From the human T2T-CHM13v2.0 reference genome, Homo sapiens: DNA of 64,000 bases. The notes under the pieces are model-generated. The model worked only from the letters and a program-made list of their open reading frames with translations, did no database searches and was not told the origin of the DNA. Made by a program: the position numbers and the translations under genes. The stretch lies in NCBI RefSeq assembly GCF_009914755.1, contig NC_060926.1; one strand, written 5' to 3'. Below, in pieces: positions 39,116 to 60,859 of the stretch (position 1 is the first letter of the stretch; each line of letters opens with the position of its first letter).

Positions 39116-39232
39116 ATTGAAACCTGGTGATGCTACACACAAGCTCCGCTCCTGGATTTTGATGAGGGCTGCACTGTCCACATGCTTGGTTCCCAAGAGG
39201 GTGTCTAACAATAAGCTCTGCAAATGGCTCAT
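39116..39232 (-). CDS. PFN4: PFN4 (profilin-4) first coding exon
   Basis: ATG at 39232, [39 protein letters not shown]|GTAAG; acceptor ctttcag| before 39244; the four exons join to 129 aa. Confidence 0.97.
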
Positions 39233-39779
39233 GTTCCCTCAACTCTGAAAGGGAAAGTGCAGTTGAAGCCATTGACTCTGGCTAGCTTTTAAAAGGCATG
39301 TGAATACAAATGTCCTTAAGACACTGCAGACAGTTCTAAGATCAGCAAGTGTACTTTGAAAAGGTACAGGGTGAAAACGGTGGTCCATGATTCAGGGCCC
39401 ACCAGTACCCAAAGAGGAAAACAGAATCATAGAAAAATCACAGCTCACACAGAATAGGTTATGAAGCTGAGTTTGGAAAATCACAGCCTGGTGATTTTCT
39501 GGCTATGTCAATGGTTTACATCAGGATTATCTGGGATTTAAAAACAAACATTACACACTGAGAAAAACTCTGTAAAATAAAAAATAAAAACAAAAAACAA
39601 AACCCAGCCAGGATGGAGAGCTACCCTGCTAAGTTAAACACGACTAAAAGAGATTATGCGTGGCCATAAACCCACACATTCCCTTCCCGGTGACCTGCAT
39701 CAGCGCCAGCTATGAACGCTGATCAACATCCCAATGGACTAAAAACACCTTGAAGGCACTTAAACCCACATTTCCCGCA

Positions 39780-40640
39780 CAAGTCCCCAAGCCTTGGACC
39801 CCCCTCATCAGGACCTCCGGCACAGGCGCCCGTTTCCCGCCACTGCCTTCCAGTGGTTTGGTCCCCGAGCAGGACCCAAGGCGGGGCAGGGGGTGGTGAG
39901 CGGTGAATTCCCTGGCACCGAGGACTCGAGGGAGCGGACGCCACCCCGCTCTGTGGTGCCCGCAAGGACCCGGCGACCAAGGACCCGACCGTCAACGGAC
40001 GCGGTTGCGGGTGGGTGGCGGCGGCAGGATTGGCCGGGCCACGCGCCGGTCACCGAGAAGCAGCGACTCCAGCCCCTTCCGCAAACCAAGACCCGCCACC
40101 TAGAGCCGCCGCCCAATCCCCTTTGGGCCTGAAGCCGTCCTCCGCCGCCCCGGCACCGCCCGCGCGGACTCGCTGTGGAACCCGCGGCGCAGGGGGCGGA
40201 GTGCTCGCGCGGCGCTGCGTCCGGGAGACGGTGGGCGCCAACATTCGCGCGTTCCGCAGACGCGGGCGGGCTCCCTTCCAGCCGCAGTCGGACGGCTCCG
40301 GGGTCGTCGGGCCGGGCCCGAGTGTGTAGCAGGACGGCCGCGGGACTGCTGGCCTTGGGAGGGCAGAGAGGTGCCTGTCGCGGCCGGCGACCTCCCCGCC
40401 AGGCCGGGCGGTCCCCGCGCACGACGCGCCTGCGCGGGAGGCCCCCGGCCCGGGGCTGGCGTGGAGGCCGCAGGCGCCCGGCCTAGTGGGTGGGAGGAAG
40501 GGCCGGGAGTGGGCGCGATGGGCGAGAGCGGGTGCGGACGCCTACGACATCCCCGTCGCACCCGTGCCTCGGGGAGGACTTCGAGCCGCTCAGAGCTCGA
40601 AGACTCGCGCAGTATGACCGAAAGCCCCTCCCTGCCTTCT
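39780..40640. promoter_or_regulatory. CpG island, bidirectional promoter of PFN4 (-) and FAM228B (+)
   Basis: Dense CpG between the divergent ATG exons (39232 and 41059); oppositely oriented CCAAT boxes near 40029 and 40113; candidate FAM228B exon-1 donor ACG|GTGGGC at 40230. Confidence 0.88.
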
Positions 40641-41019
40641 CTAAGCAGCTCAGCCTGTGTTTCTGTGGCCAGAAAGTTGCAGTTCTTCCCACTCGAGGCC
40701 ACCAAAGTCAGAAAAGTGTTGCAAATGGGACTCCGAGAGGCCAGGCTGAAGCTGCCACACTGGCTGGAATGGGCTGCCTTGGAGGGGGACGTGGGAATCC
40801 ATTCCAAGGGACGGGGGATTCTTTCAAAGAGCATCTCGCCTGCTTATAAAGGAGGCTGGCTCTGAAGCCGTCATCTGGAGTCTGTAGTGAAGGCCTCTTG
40901 TTAGGGAAACTGGATGGTTCGTGTTCAAAATCCATTTTGCGTGTGTGCAAGGACACAGGTGGTATTAAACAGAAGAGAAAATCAGATGACTGTGAAATGT
41001 TCAATACTAAATAAGATGA

Positions 41020-41169
<150 letters not shown>

Positions 41170-41259
41170 TAGTGTGGGATTTGGAGATTTTTTTACTTGG
41201 ATCGTTGCAGTAGGAAGTGGCTTGTGCTAAATATATTGTTTTTTCTATTGTTTGTTTTT

Positions 41260-46460
<5,201 letters not shown>

Positions 46461-46494
46461 TCTTCTTTTTTTCAGATTTTCATGTCAATATAAT

Positions 46495-49317
46495 TTTCTT
46501 TTTATTTTTCTTATTTTACTTTAAGTTCTGAGATACAAGTGCAGGACGTGCAGGTTTGTTACATAGGTATATATATGCCATGGTGGTTTGCTATCAACCT
46601 GTCATCTAGGTTTTAAGCCCTGCATGCATTAGCTGTTTGTCCTAATGCTCTCTCTCCCCTCACCCCCAGCCCTCGACTGGCCCTGATGTGTGTTGTTCCC
46701 CTCCCTGGGTCCATGTGTTCTCATTGTTCAGCTCCCACTTATGAGTGAGAACATGCGGTGTTTGGTTTTCTGGTTCCTGTGTTAGTTTGCTGAGTATGAT
46801 GGCTTTCAGCTTCATCTATGTCCCTGCAAAGGACATGATCTCATTCCCTTTTATGGCTGCATAGTATTCCATGGTGTATATGTACATTTTGTTTATCCAG
46901 TCTATCATTGATGGGCATTTGGGTTGGTTACATATCTTTGCTATTGTAAATAGTGCTGCAATAAACATACATGTGCAGATGTCTTTATAGTAGAATGATT
47001 TATATTCCTTTAGGTACATACCCAGAAATGGGATTGCTGGGTCAAATGGTATTTTTGGTTCTAATATCCTTGAGGAATCGCCACACTGTCTTCCACAATG
47101 GTTGAACTAATTTACATTCCCACTAACAGTGTAAAAGTGCTCCTGTTTCTCCACAGCCTCACAAGCATGTATTGTTTCTTGACTTTAATAATCACTATTC
47201 TGACTGGCATGAGATGGTATCTCATTATGGTTTTCATTTGCATTGCTCTAATGATCAGTGATGTTGAGATTTTTTTCATGTGTTTGTTGGCCATGTAAAT
47301 GTCTTCTTTTGAGAAGCATCTGTTCATATCCTTTGCCCACTTTTTGATTTTTTTTTCTTGTAAACTTGTTTGTTTTTTGTAGGTTCTGGATATTAGAGCT
47401 TTGTCAGATGGGTAGATTGCAAAAATTTTCTCCCATTCTGTAGGTTTCCTGTTCATTCCAATGATAGTTTCTTTTGCTGTATAGAAGCTCTTTAGATTAA
47501 TTAGATCACATTTGTCAATTTTGGCTTTTGTTGCAATTGCTTTTGGCATTTTTGTCATGAAGTCTTTGCCCATGCCCTGAATGTTATTGCCTATGTTTTC
47601 TTCTAGGGTTTTTATGGTTTTGGGTTTTACATTTAAGTCTTTAATCCATCTTGAGTTAATTTTTGTATACAGTGTAAGGAAAGGGTCCAGTTTCAGTTTT
47701 CTGCATATGGCTAGCCAGTTTTCCCAGCACCATTTATTAAATAGGGAATGCTTTTATTAAAGGAATTCTTTATTAAAGGGGAATCTTTTCCCCATTGCTT
47801 GTTTTTGTCTGGTTTGTCGAAGATCAGATGGTTGTAAATGTATGGTGTTATTTCTGAGGTCTCCATTCTGTTCCATTGGTCTATATGTCTGTTTTGGTAC
47901 CAGTACCATGCTGTTGTGATTACTGTAGCCTTGTAGTATAGTTTAAAGTTAGGTAGCGTGATGCCTCCAGCTTTCTTCTTTTTGCTTAGGATTGTCTGGG
48001 CTATATGGGCTCTTTTTTGGTTTCATATAAAATTTGAAGTAGTTTTCTCTAATTCTATGAAGAATGTCAATGGTAGATTGGTGAGAATACCATTGAATCT
48101 ATAAATTACTTTGGGTAGTGTGGCCATTTTCATGATATTGATTCTTCCTATCCATGAGCATGGAATGTTTTTCCGTTTGTTTCTGTCCTCTCTTATTTCC
48201 TTGAGCAGTGGTTTGTAGTTCTCCTGGAAGAGGTCCTTCACATCCCTTGTTAGCTATATTCCTAGGTATTTTATTTTCTTTATAGCAATTGTGAATGAGA
48301 GTTTATTAATGATTTGGCTTTCTACTTGTCTGTTGTTGATGTATAGGGAATGTTTGTGATTTTTGCACATCGATTTTGTATTCGGAGGCTTTGCTGAAGT
48401 TGCTTATCAGCTTCAGGAGCTTTTGGCCTGAGATGATGGGGTTTTCTAAATATAGAATCATGTCATCTGCAAACAGAGACAATTTGACTTCATCTCTTCC
48501 TATTTGAATACACTTTATTTATTTCTGTTGCCTGATTGCCCTGGCCAGAACTTCCAGTAATATGTTGAATAGGAATTGTGAGAGAGGGCATCCTTGTCTT
48601 GTGCTGGTTTTCAAAGGAAATGCTTCCAGCTTTTGCCCATTCAGTATGATATTGGCTGTGGGTTTGTCATAAATGGCTCTTATTATTTTGAGATATGTTC
48701 CATCAATACCTAGTTTATTGAAAGTTTTTAACATGAAGGGATGTTGAATTTTATTGAAGGCCTTTTCTGTATCTATTGAGATGATCATGTGGTTTTTGTC
48801 ATTGATTCTGTTTATGTGATGGATTATGTTTATTGATTTGCATATGTGGAACCAGCCTTGCAACGCAGGGATGAAGCCAACTTGATGGTGGTGGATAAGC
48901 TTTTTGATGTGCTGCTGGATTCAGTTTGCCAGTATTTTATTGACAATTTTCGCATTGTACTTCAACAGGGATATTGGCCTGAAGTTTCCTTTTTTTGTTG
49001 TATCTCTGCCAGATTTTGGTACCAGGATGATGGCCTCATACAATGAGTTAGGGAGGAGTCCCTCCTTTTCAATTGTTTGAAATAGTTTCAGAAGGAATGG
49101 TACGAGCCCTTCTTTGTATCTCTAGTAGAATCCAGCCATGAATCCCTCTGGTCCTGGGATTGTTTTTTTTTTTTTTTTTTTTTTTTTTGGTTGATAGGCT
49201 ATTAATTACTGCCTCAATTTCAGAACTTGTTATTAGTCTATTCAGGGATTCGACTTCTTCCTCGTTTAGTCTTGGGAGGGTGTATGTGTCCAGGAATTTA
49301 TCCATTTCTTCTAGATT
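46495..49317 (-). mobile_element. 5'-truncated L1PA7/8-like element (ORF2 RT to 3'UTR)
   Basis: ORF2 fragments ([18 protein letters not shown]...), 3'UTR and poly-T at the left end. Confidence 0.92.
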
Positions 49318-51779
49318 CCAACATATGGGTCATTTCAGAGTTGGTCTCCATTGATTGTTTTTTTCTTAAGTGTGGATCACATTTTTCTGTTTCTTTGTAT
49401 ATCTAGTAATTCTAGATTACATTTTGGACATTATGAATGATACATTGTGGAGGGTCTGGATTCTGTTATATTCCTCTGAAGAATATTGAGCTTTTGTTTT
49501 AGGAAGCAGTTATCTTTGCTGAACTCAATCTCCAAACTTGTCTTTCCTGAAGTTGGCAGCAGATGAAGTCACGGTTTAGTCTTTTTTTATCTTAAGCTGG
49601 GCTACATGGAGTCTGCCTTATGCATATACAGTTCAAGAGTTTGCCAGATATTTGGTCAGAGTTCTTTTGCAGAATTTGTGGCATCCTTTCTTTGGCTCCC
49701 TCTTTTCCAGTATTTTTCCTCTCACCTTCCAGCTCCCATGCTTACCCCAAACTCTGTCTTCTAATTCCTGAACCAGTTAGGCCGCATGTTTCTATCTGAG
49801 TTTTAGCCACCTCCTTTACCTCAGACTAAGGCCCTTTCTCAGGCAAGTTAATAAAAAACTGGAAATTCATCTAGTGCTGTTTTTTTTTCTTGGTGTTGAA
49901 TAGCATTCAGTAACTTCCTGCTTTTTGATCACTCTCCAGTGTCTTCAGGTTGTTGTTTTTTATATTTTTTATCTGGAATGTTAATTCACTACCCCCATCT
50001 GAGTACAGACTTTCCAGGAAGGGCAACTCTATGAGGCAAAAATAACAAAGAAAACAAACTAGAGTAGACTCATTTGAGTTTTCTATGCTTCTAGTTGTTG
50101 CTTAGCTCCCATGAGCCTTGGCTTCTTTGGATGTTAATGGGGAAGGACAGTTCTTAGATAATGAGATTTTACTCATCTGTCCTGGAAATAAAAGCAGTGG
50201 GACTGAAGACAACTACTTTCACTGACAGTTAACTTGAGAATATTTTATTTGTATGTAATTACATGAGGATCTCAAAGGCAATTCTGTGCTAGAAATCAAC
50301 TGTTTCCATTTTCTGGCAGGTATTTAATAATTGTGGAACATTTGTTATAAAAGTGGAAAAATTAATGCTGTCATAATTTTGTCACTAATATCACTGTTCC
50401 CTAAAGATTGTGTTATTTCAAAATCTGAAAATGTGACTTGTATATAAAAATAGGATTTGACTGGGCATGATGGTGGCTCATGCTTGTAATCCTAGCACTT
50501 TGGGAGGCTGAGGTAGAAGCATTGCTTGAGCTCAGGAGTTTGAGGGTACAGTGCGCTATGATCATACTACTACACTCTAGCCTAAGTGACAGAGCAAGAC
50601 TGTCTCCAAAATAAGTACATTAAAAATAAAATTTATTAATATTTATTTGATAGCCATATTCACTAATGATAAATAAATTTGTTCCAATTATATTTATGTC
50701 AATACTGTCTAAGAAATTTGTTTCAGTCTTTTGGGTAATTTGTCAATTGTCATGGAAAAATTAAATGAATATGTTTCCTTTTATTTTAATAAGAGCTTTC
50801 ATTTTGAGAAGATCTAATTACTTGTTTAATTATAATTTTACATTTTATAGACAGTTGTGAGTTAATGGATAAAAATATAACTCATTTCCTTGATTTATTA
50901 TATCCATAGGCTTATGTTTCAGTAATTTTCAAAAACAAAATTAGTGGGTGAATTCATTATGGAAGAACACGAAAAAGAACAGGAGATTGAATAGAAAGTC
51001 TTTCTAAGACCTTGTATTATTGTTCACTAGTGACATTTCTTCTATGTATAGAGTTTGCCTTAGGTGGCACTAAGCTTTTAGTGAAACTGTTGACATATTC
51101 TTAACTAGTTCTGTAAGAATCAAGGCTGGAAGATTAGTATGTCTTGCATAGTCAAAAAGCCTCAAATAGAGGCCTAATTTAATCTATTTTAACCCAGAAA
51201 AGTAAAAGCATTTTATAGGAAGTGAAAAAAGATGGATTGTAACTACCATGTGACTCTGGAAAAGACATTTGAACATTTTGGGACTCAAAATGTCTGTGAG
51301 CTGAGTTATATTTTGGTGTAGCCAAGAGCAGACAGATCGAAATACTGTTTAAAAAGCACTTGATGGGCTGGGCACAGTGGCTCAGGCCTGTAATCCCAGC
51401 ACTTTGGGAGGCTGAGGCAGGCAGATCACTTGAGGCCAGGAGTTTGAGACCAGCGAGGCCAACATGGCAAAACCCCGTCTCTACCAAAAACACAAAAATT
51501 AGTCAGGCATGTGTTGCACACCTGTAATCCCAGCTACTTGGGAGGCTGAGGCACAAGAATCGCTTGAACCCTGGAAGTGGAGGTTGTAGTGAGCCGAGAT
51601 GGTGCTGGTGCACTCCAGCAGCCTAGGCGACAGAACAAGACTCTGTCTCAAAGAAACAAACAAAAAAAAGCACTCGATGATATGATTTGGAGGAAACAAA
51701 CTGCATGCATAGAGAACTTTCCAGGGATATGTCTGTCATGCTAAATATAATGATTCCAGATAGCACTAATAGTTTTTAA

Positions 51780-51914
<135 letters not shown>

Positions 51915-52696
51915 TAAAAATTAAATGTAGTTTTTCCTTTTTATATGTAGCATATTCTATAAAAACTATTTAGAAAATATGGAAAACAGAATTAAAAGAA
52001 CACTCCCTTGCACCTGGAATTAACCTTAAGGGATCTCTGAAATTGCTCTAATGGACTTCCTCCCTTCCTATACTTTGTGGGAATTCCTTTGCAGAGAGGC
52101 ACAGAAATTTTCCTCTACTCACTTGTTTCTTTGTCTTAGTGGGTTTCAGCAGTCACTATAAATGAGCTAATCCTTAAGAGCTGTTAGCAGAACACACTGA
52201 CTAATTATTACTCAGATATACATAGAACAGGGTTTAACTGAGCCAGGATGGGCTTAATGTGACAAGAAGAACATCCATGTGAAGTGTACTAAACACCAGG
52301 GACACTGGAGTGGGTAACCTGTTTTTATTTTTAAGAAATTTCTTTAGAGCTCTTTAAAAAGGAAAGGAACTAACATTGGGAATGGCTGAAGTGTGCTATG
52401 GCCAGAGGTTAGGGAGGGACTCGGCCTAGCAGACCTCTCAGGGTTCTTAATATTTTATTTATTTCATTTTGAATTTCACGCTCTTCCTAGTAGTCACATG
52501 ACTTTATTTGCTATATGAAAGGTGAATGAGAAGGTTTAGTGAGAATGAATTAGTTTGTAGCCTAATCAAGCATCATCTTTGCAGGCTACTTGCCACTTGG
52601 ATTAGGTTATGCTCCACTTCTGCCTCTTTACTCTTGCCTTTTTTTTTTTCTGAAGGTCAGTTGTAGTGAAGGGTTTTTTTTTTTTTTTTTCCATAG

Positions 52697-52861
<165 letters not shown>

Positions 52862-52922
52862 TGATTCTCCTGCCTCAGCCTCCCAATTAGTTGGGATTAC
52901 AGGTGTGAGCCACGGAGCCTAG

Positions 52923-53231
<309 letters not shown>

Positions 53232-54606
53232 TAATTTTTTTGTAGAGACGGAGTCTGACTATTTTCCCCAGGCTAGACTTGAATTCCTGGGCTCATGTGA
53301 TCCTCCTGCCTTGGCCTCCTGAAATGCTAGGATTACCGGCGTGAGCCACCGCACCTAGTGTAAATCCTCATTCTTAAAGGCCCAGCCCAAATGTCTCCCA
53401 CTTTGGGAGTCTTGGCTTTGAAAAAAAATTAATCATTTTTTTCAGTGTATGCGATATAAAAGTAAATATACACAATATAAAATTTGCCATTTTAACCATT
53501 TTAAGTGTACCATTCGGTGTCATTAATCACATTCATAATGTTGTGCAACTATCACCACTATTTCCAAAACTTTTTCCTTACTCCAAACTGACAGTTTGTA
53601 TTCAATAAGCAGTGACTCCTCATTTCTCCCTCCCCCAGGCACTTGGTAACCTCTAATCTACCTTCTGGCTCTATGAATTTTGGCTATTCCAGATAGTTCG
53701 TATATGTGGAATCCTGTACTATTTGTCCATTTGTGTCTGACTTATTTCACTTTGGCATACTCTTTTCAAAGTACATCCATGTTGTAGCATGTTTCAGAAC
53801 TTCATTCCTTTTTGTGGCTGAATAATATTCCATATTACACATATAAATAAATGTGGTATGTATATACCACATTTTATCTGTTCATCTCTTGATGGATACT
53901 TGGATCGTTTCCACCTTTTGGCTATTGTGAATAATGCCGCAATGAACATTGGTGTACAAGTATCTATTTGAGCCTGGATTTTCATTCATTTGGGTAGGAG
54001 TGGAATTGTTGGGTCTTATGGTAGGTCTGTTTAAATTTCTGAGGCCCACCAAACTGGGAATCTTTTAAGAATCTAGCAAATGGTTTTTCTCTCCTCTGTC
54101 TTCAGTTATTTTATTTATAGTATGCCATACATATATCCATCATATATAAATATACATCTTGCTATATTCCCCCTCCCACTGTTTGTGATTTTGTTTGTTT
54201 GTTTCTTAGGGATGGGTTTTCACTCTGTTACCCAGGCTAGAGTGCAGTGTCCCAGTCATGGTGTACTGCATCCTTGAAGTCCTGGGCTCAAGTGATTCTC
54301 TAGCTTCACCCTCCCAGGTAGCTGGAAATATAGGCAGGCGCCACCTTGCCTTGCTTTTGATTTGTTCTTTAGTCTTTCTCCCCAGGGAGAGCAGGCATGT
54401 TGCCCCAAATACCTGTGTTTTCCTTGTTTGCAGCAGAGTGTATGTCACATAGTAGAAGTTAAAGCCAAAGAAACGATTGAATTAATGAATGTCTCTGTGG
54501 GTTATTCTTAGGAGTAATTTAAACTTATGAAGTTTAAGTTTTGGAAAATTTTAGAACAAGAAAGCTTTAGGATAATATATTTGTCTTTTCTACCACTGTT
54601 TACTAG

Positions 54607-54924
<318 letters not shown>

Positions 54925-55483
54925 TAATAGCATAAAGTATTCTTAAACCCAGGACATTTGGAAAGGAGAGAAAAGGAAGATTAGATTTAATTGTCTACAT
55001 TAGAACCATTTTTCTGTGTTTTCCCCATGTGGTTATTATTATTATTATTCGAGATGGAGTTTCACTCTTGTCACCCAGACTGGAGTGCAATGGCACGATC
55101 TTGGCTCACTGCAAACCTCCACCTCACGGCTTCAAGCAATTCTCCTGCCTTAGCCTCCCAAGTAGCTGGAATTACAGGCATGTGCCACCACACTGGCTAA
55201 TTTTGTATTTTTAGTAGAGACAGGGTTTCTCCATGTTGGTCAGGCTGGTCTCGAACTCCCTATTTCAGGTAATCTGCCTGCCTCGGCCTCCCAAAGTGCT
55301 GGGATTACAGGTGTGAGCTACTGTGCCCAGCCCTCCCCATGTAATTATTAATTTTAATTATCAAGTTAAAAAATGTGGGTGTGTGGCTCACACCTGTAAT
55401 CCCAGCACTTTGGGAGGCCAAAGCAGGTGGATCACCTGAGGTTGGGAGTTCGAGACCAGCCTGGTGATACCCCGTCTCTCCTA

Positions 55484-55660
<177 letters not shown>

Positions 55661-56069
55661 TTATACTTACAAAATAAATAATTTGGACTCTAGTTTCAGG
55701 ACATATTTTTCTTTTGTTCTGGAACTTGATTATTTGCGAAGCTCTAAAATATAGCTGTTCTTCTAGCATTTTTTTAAAATCTGAGATGTTTGACTAGTAA
55801 GCATTTAAAAACAAATTCCCAAATCTTTTAGTGTTCCAACATTCTTTATTAAGATCTTACAAATTTTAAGTAGATTCCTTCCTTCACTATACCTGATTGC
55901 TTGAATAAATTAAATTTAAAATGTAGCCTTGTCTTTCTTTTTGCATTTGTCACTGATGCTGCTTTCAAGCATAAGAATGATACTATGTGTTTGACTCTCA
56001 AGTCCTGATATGCTCAAAATTAACTGTGCACCTCTTGTTCTTGTGTATCGTTTTATTTCCTTGCTATAG

Positions 56070-56150
56070 GGAAATGCATTTATAGAACATTATGATCCAA
56101 AAGAGTATGATCCCTTTTATATGAGCAAGAAGGACCCCAATTTTCTGAAG
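56070..56150 (+). CDS. FAM228B: FAM228B coding exon 4
   Basis: ctatag| GNAFIEHYDPKEYDPFYMSKKDPNFLK |GTAGGG. Confidence 0.93.
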
Positions 56151-56796
56151 GTAGGGTAGATTTCTTTTTTTTAACTTTGGTATTATGTGTTTGGTTGTTT
56201 TGAGCAGCCCTAATATATGAGCAGTCCTTAAGCGATTCCCTAAAAGTGCAGTAACATTTTAAGCATAGTTTCCCATCGCCTGATCTTAGAAAGGAACAAA
56301 AAGCCAAAGGCCAAAGTAAATTAAATCTCCATAAAAGTGGAAAATACTGGATAATGATTGGGTAATAGGTAACGTTTAAAAATTCCATAGACTTTTAAAT
56401 TTGTTACAAAAGTAACACATTTTCATGATAGATAAATGAGAAAATTGATTTTCAAATTAAGAAAATAAAAAACCAAAATTCTATTACCCAGAATTAATTC
56501 ATTATGTTAACTCATTAACATTTTTCTGTATATCTATCTAGACTTCTTTCTATATGTGTGTATGTATTCACATTTTTATTTTATAAGAATGGAGTTACAT
56601 TTGGTTTTATAATGAGCTTCCCCTCCCTCAATAGTTTATTATTTGCTTCTTTCTCAAAATATAAGTATATAATTTTCTTCATTGCATGATATTCTGTTAC
56701 TAATAGCAGAATTAATTAACCTTGCACTGAAGGATTAACCAAGTCTTAGGGTTTTTTTCACATTTATTTCACCTTTGCTGCTACTGTGTGAGGTAA

Positions 56797-57269
<473 letters not shown>

Positions 57270-59179
57270 TAAGTAAGAAACCTAAAATCTTCTCTCTCTG
57301 CAATTTTCAAGAATACAATACCTTGTTATTAACTATAGCCATCATATTGTACAATAGATCTCTAGAAAAATTTTATGGCAGCCGGGCGCAGTGGCTCATG
57401 CCTGTAATCCTAGCACTTTGGGAGGCCAAGGCGGGTGGATCACCTGAGGTCAGGAGTTCAAGATCAGCCTGGCCAACATGGTGAAATCCTGTCTCTACTA
57501 AAAATACAAAAATTAGCCGGGTGTGGTGGCATGCACCTGTAGTCCTAGCTACTCAGGAGGCTGAGGCAGGAGAATCACGTGAACCCGGGAGGTGGAGGCA
57601 GCAGTAAGCCAAGATTGAGTGTCACTGCACTCCAGCCTGGGCAACAGAGTGAGTGAGACTCTGTCTAAAAAAAAAAAAAGAAAAATTTTATGGCTGAAAA
57701 AATATAATTGCATTGCATTCAAGTGAATTTAGTGACACAAATTATTTGTTAATAAGGTTTCTTGCACGTATAAAATAGATACCTTTTTTTTTTTTGACGG
57801 AGTCTCACTCTGTTGCCCAGGCTGGAGTGCAATGGCACGATCTCGGCTCCTGCAACCTCCCCATCCTGGGTTCAAGCGATTCTCCTGCCTCAGCCTCCCG
57901 AGTAACTGGGATTACAGGCACACGCCACCAGGCCTGGCTAATTTTTGTTTTATTTTGTTTTGAGACGGAGTCTTGCTCTGTCACCCAGGTTGGAGTGCAG
58001 TGGCGTGATCTTGGCTTACTGCAACCTCCGCCTCCCAGGTTCACACCATTCTCCTGCTTCAGCCTCCTGAGTAGCTGGGACTACATGCACCCACCACCAC
58101 GCCTGGCTAATTTTTTTGTATATTTAGTAGAGACGGGGTTTCACCGTGTTAGCCAGGATGGTCTCAATCTCCTGACCTCGTGATCCACCCGCCTCGACCT
58201 CCCAAAGTACTGGGATTACAGGCTTGAGCCACCGCGCCCGGCCTAATTTTTGTATTTTTAGTAGAGACGGGGTTTCACCATGTTGATCAGGCTGGTCTTG
58301 AACTCCTGACCTCGTGATCCGCCCGCCTTGGCCTCCCAAAGTGCTGGGATTACAGGTGTGAGCCACCGCGCCTGGCCTAGATACTATTTTTTAAAATGGT
58401 ATTTAGGGGATAATTTTTACCCTTTTTAGAGAGGTTTTGTTAGAACTGGTATTGGCCCTCACATGTCCAAATCAGTGAGAAGTCCAATATTAATTGTTTT
58501 TGGAGGTATCCAACCTTGAGTTGTACAGTCATGCTGTGGGCTTGTGTCATCCTACAAAGTGGTCCCACAGCCTCCCAATTCTTGGTGGGGCACATCACTG
58601 GTCCCAGGCCCAGGTTGTACTATGGTTGTTATTCCTTACGGTCACATGCTGTGGCTCAGGTGCTGGCCCCATTTGTAGACCCAGCATTGGTAATCCATGT
58701 CTTCAGATCCAGGTCCTTGCCCATGTCTGGCAGAGACTCCACCTGAGAGCGTCTCGGGTAGGCTCTGCAGGCTGGGTTCCTGGCGCCCTGCTCTGTACTC
58801 TTTATGGACCTGGCACTTCCCAGACCCTGCTCCTGAGCTGCTACAGAGTCTGTAAGCTTGTCCTTATTCTCAATTCTGGGTTATCAAGTGGAGATATCCA
58901 ACATTATCTCCTTTCCCCCTTTCAATTTCCCCAGTACAGAAAAGGTTCATCTTGCCTCTTATTTCAACAGTAGGGCTTGAGATGGCCCAGAGCACCTGGC
59001 TTCAGACCAACCCAAATGACCCTCTCTATCTTCCTTTCCTGGGAGTGGGACAGATCTGACTTTAGGAACATAGAGGCTTGATTCCTTCCCTTCAGATGGA
59101 TCTTCAGCATTTCTTTGCATGTGCTTTGTGCAGCTCTACTTAAAAATTATTAACTTTACTAAGTCTTGCTCCTTCAATA

Positions 59180-60733
<1,554 letters not shown>

Positions 60734-60859
60734 TTACAATACCTCCATTTATGATGTGTAAGTGCTTGTCAGTAGAGATAGGTGTCTCCGGACTTATAAT
60801 TGTCGATAAAACTTTAGATTGTTGTTTGTTTCTATCTTCAATTTAAAATTTAAAATTTG

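Noticed and set aside
39723-40865. ORFs of 100-244 aa in the PFN4/FAM228B CpG island
   Set aside because: Low-complexity Arg/Pro/Gly frames expected in GC-rich DNA; no homology or splice support
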